Of a stretch of 40,387 bases of DNA, positions 35,058-40,387 are shown one piece after another. The stretch comes from Candidatus Nomurabacteria bacterium (GTDB taxonomy: Bacteria > Patescibacteriota > Minisyncoccia > Phycocordibacterales > UBA9973): the NCBI GenBank assembly GCA_027347985.1, contig DAIEQH010000002.1, positions 1 to 40,387 of the forward strand. The letters are read 5' to 3'. The position numbers were made by a program, and so were the translations under genes. Every line of letters begins with the position of its first letter. The stretch's first letter is position 1. The notes under the pieces were generated by a model. That model was not told the DNA's origin. It saw only the letters and a list, made by a program, of their open reading frames with translations, and searched no databases.

Positions 35058-38000
35058 ATTTTTTCAAGTTAACGTCTAATGCAAGTCCTCGCAGATAATT
35101 GAGCAGAACATTGAAGGAAGCTGGAGAATTTGGCGGTTTAATATTTTCATTTTTGATAATGGAATCAAATGTTTGAGATCGACCAAGAATGTCATCTGAT
35201 TTAATTGTAAGCATCTCTCTTAAAGTGTAAGCAGCTCCATAACCTTCAAGTGCCCAGACTTCCATTTCTCCGAATCTCTGTCCTCCGCCTTGAGCTTTTC
35301 CTCCTAATGGCTGTTGGGTAATGAGAGAGTAAGGTCCGATAGAACGCATATGAATCTTGTCTTCTACCATGTGGTGAAGCTTTAACATATACATATAACC
35401 AACAGCAATATCTTGGTCAAAAGCTTCACCTGTTCGTCCATCAAAAAGTTTTAATTTACCATTTTCTGGGAATCCAGCTTTTTTCAATTCTTCTTTTATT
35501 TCTTCATGACTTGCTCCTAAAAATGGCGGAACGATTGCTTGATATCCTAATGTATTGGCTGCCATACCCAAATGTATTTCAAAAATTTGTCCCAAGTTCA
35601 TACGAGAAGGGACGCCGAGTGGTGAGAGAATAATATCAACAGGGGTACCATCTGCTGCATAAGGCATGTCTTCTTCTGGAAGAATCCTAGAGATGACACC
35701 TTTGTTTCCATGTCTTCCGGAAAGTTTGTCTCCGACAGAAATATTTCTAACTTGAGCAACTTCAATAACTATTTTTTTAATGATTCCTGCTTCTAATGTA
35801 TGTCCTAAATCACGAGAAAATATTTTGACGCCAATGATACGTCCGCGCTTTCCGTGTTCCATACGAAGTGAAGTATCTTTCACATCACGTGCTTTTTCAG
35901 CAAAGATAGAACGGAGCAATCTTTCTTCTGGAGTAAGCTCTGTTTCCCCTTTTGGTGTAATCTTACCAATCAAAATATCATTTTCTCTGACTTCTGCACC
36001 AATACGCACAATGCCATCTTCATCCAAATCTTTCAATTTTAATTCTCCGACGTTTGGTATATCACGAGTAGTAATTTCAGGTCCAAGTTTGGTATCACGA
36101 ACGGTACAAACGAATTCTTCAACATAGACACTCGTAAATTTACTCTTTTTAATCAAACGTTCAGAAATAATGATAGCATCCTCGTAGTTGGAACCAGACC
36201 AAGATAAAAAAGCAACAAAAATATTTTGTCCAACAGAAATTTGTCCGTCTACAGTACTCGTGGTATCAGCTAAAACATCTCCTTTTTTAACTTTTTGACC
36301 AACGTCGACAGAAGGACGCTGATGGAAAGCAGAAAAATTGTTATTTCTCAAAAAGTTTACAAGAGTATAAGTTTTTTCTTTTTCAGATTTTCCTTTGACT
36401 ACTATTTTTTTTGCGTCTAAGTAAGAAACTACTCCATCTTCTTCGGCAAGAATAATTCTACCAGAATCACGAGAGGCTAAAGCTTCGATACCAGTCGCTA
36501 CAAGAGGTGCTTCAGGAAGTACACAAGGTACTGCCTGTTTCTGCATGTTACTTCCCATGAGTGCGCGGTTGGCATCATCGTGTTCTAGGAAAGGAATCAT
36601 AGAGGTAGCAATAGAATAGCCTTGGTTGGCTGCGATATCAATGAAATCAACATCTTCCCTACGGATCATACCTGGGTTAGTCTTGATTCTGGCAGCTACT
36701 TTCTCATCTGTTATTCTACCTTCTTTATCATAAGAAATTCCAGCGTGAGCAATGTTATATTTTTCTTCTTCTAGCGCATTTAAATATTGCACTTCATTCG
36801 TAATCTTTCCATTCTTTACTTTCATGTAAGGAGTTTCAATAATTCCAAAATCATTTATTTTGGCGTAAGTGGAAAGGTGTAAGATGAGTCCGATGTTTGG
36901 ACCTTCAGGAGTATGAATAGGACAAACTCTCCCATAGTGAGAAGGATGCACATCTCGAACTTCGAGTCCTGCACGTTCACGAGTGAGTCCTCCCGGACCA
37001 AGTGCTGAAAGCAAACGAGAGTGTTCCATTTCAGCCAAGACATTTTCCTGACTCATAAATTGTGAAAGCTGGTTAGTGGTAAAAAATTCTTTAATACGAG
37101 CTTGCAGTGGCCTCTGATTGATGATGTGAATAGGAAGTGCAGTGTCGACATCAATAATAGACATTCTATCTTGAATGTTTCTCTTGATTTGCATCATACC
37201 GGTACGAATCTTTTGCTGAAGCATTTCTCCGACGAATCGTACACGTCTTTGTCCCAAGTGGTCTATATCGTCAGATTTTGCTCCGACTGTGTTGTTCAAA
37301 ACAATAATATTTTCAATGACTGTCATTAAATCTTCTTTAGAAATAGTTCGACGAGCGAGTTCTGTCTCATCTAGTCCTTTAGCGAAACGCTGATTAAATC
37401 TATATCGTCCGACAGGAGAAAGGTCATATCTTTCAGGGGTAAATAGAGAATTGATGAATTCTTTGGCATTTTCTGCTGTGGCCATATCTCCGTCTCTTAA
37501 ACGTTTGTATATCTCAATATATGCGTCATTTAAGGTTTTAGCGACATCCTTGGCAAGACATGCCTCTATCGCTTCTTTGCAATTTGGGGTTTTATCAAAT
37601 GCTTTGAGTATAGATTCGTTTGTCTCATAGCCCATAGCGCGAAGGAGTGCTGTCGCAGGAAACTTTCTCTTTTTATCTATTCTTATGTATATTGCTCCAT
37701 CAGCTTCTGATTCTATTTCAATCCAAACTCCGCGAGCTGGAATGATTTTTGCGCCGAAAAATCTTTTACCTTTATTTTCAGATTCTGTGAAGAAAACACC
37801 AAAAGATCGTGCGAGTTGTGGCACGATGATACGTTCAACACCATTAATAATGAAAGTTCCATGTGGAGTCATGAGTGGAATCTCCGACATGAAAATTTCC
37901 TGCTCTTTAACAGTGCCTAAAATTTTATTATTTAATTTTACTCGGGCTTTCAAAAGTCCTTGGTAAGAAAGCTTGTTTATCTTCGCTTCGTTTTCACTGC

Positions 38001-38214
38001 AATTTGGTTCACTCAAAGAAAAAGATGTGAACTCAAGTTCAAACTTTTTCTGAGAGTAATCTGCAATTGGAGAGAACTCTTTGAAAACTTCTTTGATCCC
38101 CTCTTCGACAAGCCACTTGTAGGACTTGGTCTGAGCCTCGATCAAGTTTGGAAACTCAATCAACGGTTCTTTATGTCTCGCAAAATACTTCTTCGGACGC
38201 TTTTCTGTTTGCAT
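35041..38214 (-). CDS. rpoB: DNA-directed RNA polymerase subunit beta
   Basis: Motifs: GPGGLTRERAG, HPSHYGRVCPIHTPEGPNIGL, RHGNKGV, GGQRFGEMEVWALE. The start is set at ATG 38214 (MQTEKRPKK...). Confidence 0.97.
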   Translation of the reverse strand: MQTEKRPKKYFARHKEPLIEFPNLIEAQTKSYKWLVEEGIKEVFKEFSPIADYSQKKFELEFTSFSLSEPNCSENEAKINKLSYQGLLKARVKLNNKILGTVKEQEIFMSEIPLMTPHGTFIINGVERIIVPQLARSFGVFFTESENKGKRFFGAKIIPARGVWIEIESEADGAIYIRIDKKRKFPATALLRAMGYETNESILKAFDKTPNCKEAIEACLAKDVAKTLNDAYIEIYKRLRDGDMATAENAKEFINSLFTPERYDLSPVGRYRFNQRFAKGLDETELARRTISKEDLMTVIENIIVLNNTVGAKSDDIDHLGQRRVRFVGEMLQQKIRTGMMQIKRNIQDRMSIIDVDTALPIHIINQRPLQARIKEFFTTNQLSQFMSQENVLAEMEHSRLLSALGPGGLTRERAGLEVRDVHPSHYGRVCPIHTPEGPNIGLILHLSTYAKINDFGIIETPYMKVKNGKITNEVQYLNALEEEKYNIAHAGISYDKEGRITDEKVAARIKTNPGMIRREDVDFIDIAANQGYSIATSMIPFLEHDDANRALMGSNMQKQAVPCVLPEAPLVATGIEALASRDSGRIILAEEDGVVSYLDAKKIVVKGKSEKEKTYTLVNFLRNNNFSAFHQRPSVDVGQKVKKGDVLADTTSTVDGQISVGQNIFVAFLSWSGSNYEDAIIISERLIKKSKFTSVYVEEFVCTVRDTKLGPEITTRDIPNVGELKLKDLDEDGIVRIGAEVRENDILIGKITPKGETELTPEERLLRSIFAEKARDVKDTSLRMEHGKRGRIIGVKIFSRDLGHTLEAGIIKKIVIEVAQVRNISVGDKLSGRHGNKGVISRILPEEDMPYAADGTPVDIILSPLGVPSRMNLGQIFEIHLGMAANTLGYQAIVPPFLGASHEEIKEELKKAGFPENGKLKLFDGRTGEAFDQDIAVGYMYMLKLHHMVEDKIHMRSIGPYSLITQQPLGGKAQGGGQRFGEMEVWALEGYGAAYTLREMLTIKSDDILGRSQTFDSIIKNENIKPPNSPASFNVLLNYLRGLALDVNLKKYENTK

Positions 38215-38452
38215 ATTGTTTATAAAATACCAAAATAAACACAAAAAGAGTCAAAAACAAAAAGAAAAGCTAGAGCAAAAACGCTTCTTTTTATTTTCAC
38301 AATATTTTATTTATTTCGGATACTGATTAATTTAACGCTTATTAATAAAGCCTATTAATGCTACTAGGAGATACATCCGAAACTCAATCAATCTCTTATA
38401 CACTAGTATACTCATATTCCCCTTTTTGTCAAATTTATGTATAATATCTCAT

Positions 38453-39301
38453 ATGAACAAAAAATTTATCAACATTGGTTTGTTAATAATAATTATTATT
38501 TTCGTTGGTATAGTTGGATATGGGGGAATTAAAAAAATAAATAAAATTCCCCTTCTAGAGAAATCTCTTAATATTGATTCTACCCTAACACCAACATCAT
38601 CATCATCTCAAAATGAAATTAATAAAATAGATCAGGTGACCGACGAAAGAATCTGTCAAAAAGAACCACTAGAATGTCTACAATTATGGCTTAACAAAAA
38701 ATTGGGAGATGAATATGTAAAAAGCCATATATCCAACTGGAAAACATCTGGACGGAAATGGGGTCAATGCCCTATGGGGTATGAACTAAAAAATTATAAA
38801 GATAATAACAAAGATAGAACAGTAGAATGTGATAAAAAAAATGAACAAGGTAAAGTTATTTCTACTTCTTATTTTACCGACCTTTTGCCAGAGGAAAAAA
38901 TAGAATTCTTTGAAGTTTCTTTTGATTACCAAATTAACAAAGAAAATTTTTGTACAAGTGGTTGTTTTGCTGAAATAACTTTTAATACAACAGAAAAAAC
39001 TTCCGAAATTAATTATTACCGAGGTCCATTAAAACCTTATTCGGAAATAGATTTAAATAAAGCAACAGAAGAAGCAAATGTGGCATTCTCAAAGTCTTCT
39101 TGTAATAAATATTCGCCACAAAGAATATCGGTTCATATAGACGACACTTTATCTTCTAAAAATGTAATTAATACGGGAGATAGCCTATATAAAATAAACG
39201 GACCTATTATAGATGGTCTTTTTGGCGACAGATGTGGTGTAAACTGTACTTTTTATAGTACTAATAAAATACTTGAAGAAGGAAAATATTCTTGTGAATA
39301 A
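38453..39301 (+). CDS. Membrane-anchored / secreted Cys-rich protein, unknown function
   Basis: The start is moved to ATG 38453 (MNKKFINIGLLIIIIIFVG), since the track start is TTG. TATAAT (38440-38445) lies 7 nt upstream. Many Cys residues are present. I recognise no domain. Confidence 0.5.
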   Translation: MNKKFINIGLLIIIIIFVGIVGYGGIKKINKIPLLEKSLNIDSTLTPTSSSSQNEINKIDQVTDERICQKEPLECLQLWLNKKLGDEYVKSHISNWKTSGRKWGQCPMGYELKNYKDNNKDRTVECDKKNEQGKVISTSYFTDLLPEEKIEFFEVSFDYQINKENFCTSGCFAEITFNTTEKTSEINYYRGPLKPYSEIDLNKATEEANVAFSKSSCNKYSPQRISVHIDDTLSSKNVINTGDSLYKINGPIIDGLFGDRCGVNCTFYSTNKILEEGKYSCE

Positions 39302-39336
39302 TTTTCTGACTGTGTTAAATCTTATCTAACACAACC

Positions 39337-39374
39337 AATTCCTTAACATACAATATATTGTATATCAAGGAATT
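39337..39374. terminator. Nested palindrome between convergent genes
   Basis: AATTCCTT-aac-ATACAATATATTGTAT-atc-AAGGAATT overlaps the trmD stop codon. No clear T-run follows. Confidence 0.4.
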
Positions 39375-40026
39375 ACTTTTTTTGTTTCCAGTTTTCTATA
39401 AGTTTATGGTTTCCTGATAATAATATTTTAGGCACATTATATTTCTTTCCTTTATAAACTAATTTTTCTGGTCTTGTATAAACCTCACTAGAAGAAACTC
39501 TTTCTTCTTCCCTTGAATCAAAATTACCAAGTACACCTTCTATTTGTCGGGAGACACAATCGACAAGAATCATAGCTGGGATTTCTCCGCCGGTTAAAAC
39601 ATAATCCCCTATTGAAAGCTTTTTGGTTTTTAAAATCTTATCTACCCTCGCATCTATACCTTCATATCTTCCGCAAATTAAAATCACATCCGTATATTTT
39701 TTGGAAATTGTTTTCGCATAATTGGTCGTAAACTTTTCTGCACTGGGTATGAAATTTATAATTAAAATTTTCTTTTTATTTTTTATTTTAGAAATTGCTT
39801 TTTCAATTGCTTTCAAAAGTGGTTCTGCTCTCATCACCATTCCAGGACCTCCACCATATGGCTTATCGTCCACAGGACGATAGTTGTTTTTTGGTGCTTT
39901 AATGAAATCTCTGGGATTATAAAACTTCACAGAAATAAGCTTATTTTTTATGGCTCGCCCAATAATGGACTCATTCAAATATGAATCAAAAATATCTGGG
40001 AAAATTGTAATAATGTGAAATTTCAT
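39373..40026 (-). CDS. trmD: tRNA (guanine37-N1)-methyltransferase
   Basis: MKFHIITIFPDIF...IIGRA...VDDKPYGGGPGMVM...CGRYEGIDARV...SIGDYVLTGGE. Confidence 0.92.
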   Translation of the reverse strand: MKFHIITIFPDIFDSYLNESIIGRAIKNKLISVKFYNPRDFIKAPKNNYRPVDDKPYGGGPGMVMRAEPLLKAIEKAISKIKNKKKILIINFIPSAEKFTTNYAKTISKKYTDVILICGRYEGIDARVDKILKTKKLSIGDYVLTGGEIPAMILVDCVSRQIEGVLGNFDSREEERVSSSEVYTRPEKLVYKGKKYNVPKILLSGNHKLIENWKQKK

Positions 40027-40032
40027 ATATTT

Positions 40033-40387
40033 TTATTCTTCTTTTTTCTTTCCTACTAATTCTTGCCAACCCACGTAACCATCATTTTTGTATATTCTTT
40101 CAACAGAAAAAGGCCAATTAGAATGGTTTTTTTGTTCTTTACTATACCACTTACGTATATTCACCTCACCATTATATAAATTCATTACTTCATTTTTAAA
40201 ATCTTTAAAAGGTAAAAAATGTCTTTCGTTTGGATTATTTTTTTCTACTAGCTTTGAAAATCCGCTCCATCCATGTTTTTCATAAAAATCATGTGGATCG
40301 TGTGGCCAATTTAGATGATTTTTCTTTTCTTTATTATACCACTTTAACACATTACTTTGACCTTTGTATAAACTCTTTACTTCGTTT
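40033..40387 (-). CDS. Tandem-repeat protein (about 64-aa W/Y-rich repeat), 5' end cut by the window edge
   Basis: The codon at 40350 is GTG, and the frame stays open to 40387 (NEVKSLYKGQSNV...). The unit NEV-x-LY-x-G-x-N-x-KWY-x-KE-x-KNH-x-NWP...Y-x-(5-6)-G-W/F-x-x-LV-x-K occurs at least twice, plus the start of a third copy. Confidence 0.55.
   Translation of the reverse strand, partial: NEVKSLYKGQSNVLKWYNKEKKNHLNWPHDPHDFYEKHGWSGFSKLVEKNNPNERHFLPFKDFKNEVMNLYNGEVNIRKWYSKEQKNHSNWPFSVERIYKNDGYVGWQELVGKKKEE

Noticed and set aside
38215-38244. 10-codon extension of rpoB (MCLFWYFINN)
   Set aside because: The conserved beta-subunit N-terminus starts at MQTEKRPKK. The extension covers the likely promoter region.
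38426-38452. TTG start for the Cys-rich protein
   Set aside because: The ATG at 38453 is followed immediately by a signal/anchor sequence and preceded by TATAAT. The TTG extension overlaps that -10 box.

Overview
This is an AT-rich, gene-dense bacterial chromosome segment. Nearly all genes are on the minus strand. The gene content, lysine-rich proteins, a compact ~300-nt RNase P RNA and many orphan proteins suggest a small-genome Patescibacteria/CPR-like organism. That placement is inference only.

Most of the window (about 6.3-40.4 kb) is housekeeping:
- mltG, rnpB and class II RNR (nrdJ)
- a DUF192 protein and a SpeA-like decarboxylase
- tgt, a 1009-aa orphan, mreC, mreB and proS
- the divergent rpsB-tsf pair and tRNA-Thr
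- a copper-handling cluster (thioredoxin-like protein, copA, HMA-membrane protein, cupredoxin-like protein)
- a processive GT2 and a DUF378 protein
- a contiguous rpoB-rpoC-dnaG-rpoD block, then trmD

The left ~6 kb is accessory DNA that ends at a tRNA-Ala(UGC) gene. It carries a truncated HD-domain/coiled-coil giant protein, an XRE regulator with a Shedu-type (DUF4263) nuclease, and a large serine recombinase.

The most unusual structure is around that recombinase. Its whole gene is bracketed by 117-bp inverted repeats matching at 116/117 positions. The outer end of the right repeat touches the 3' end of the tRNA-Ala gene.

Other recurring signals:
- GC-rich palindromes sit in frame inside three unrelated genes.
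- Several first-in-operon genes share a -35/17 bp/-10/6 nt/start-codon geometry that implies leaderless mRNAs.
- A 7-bp tandem repeat lies between proS and mreB.

All calls come from reading the sequence and recalling motifs. No searches were run.
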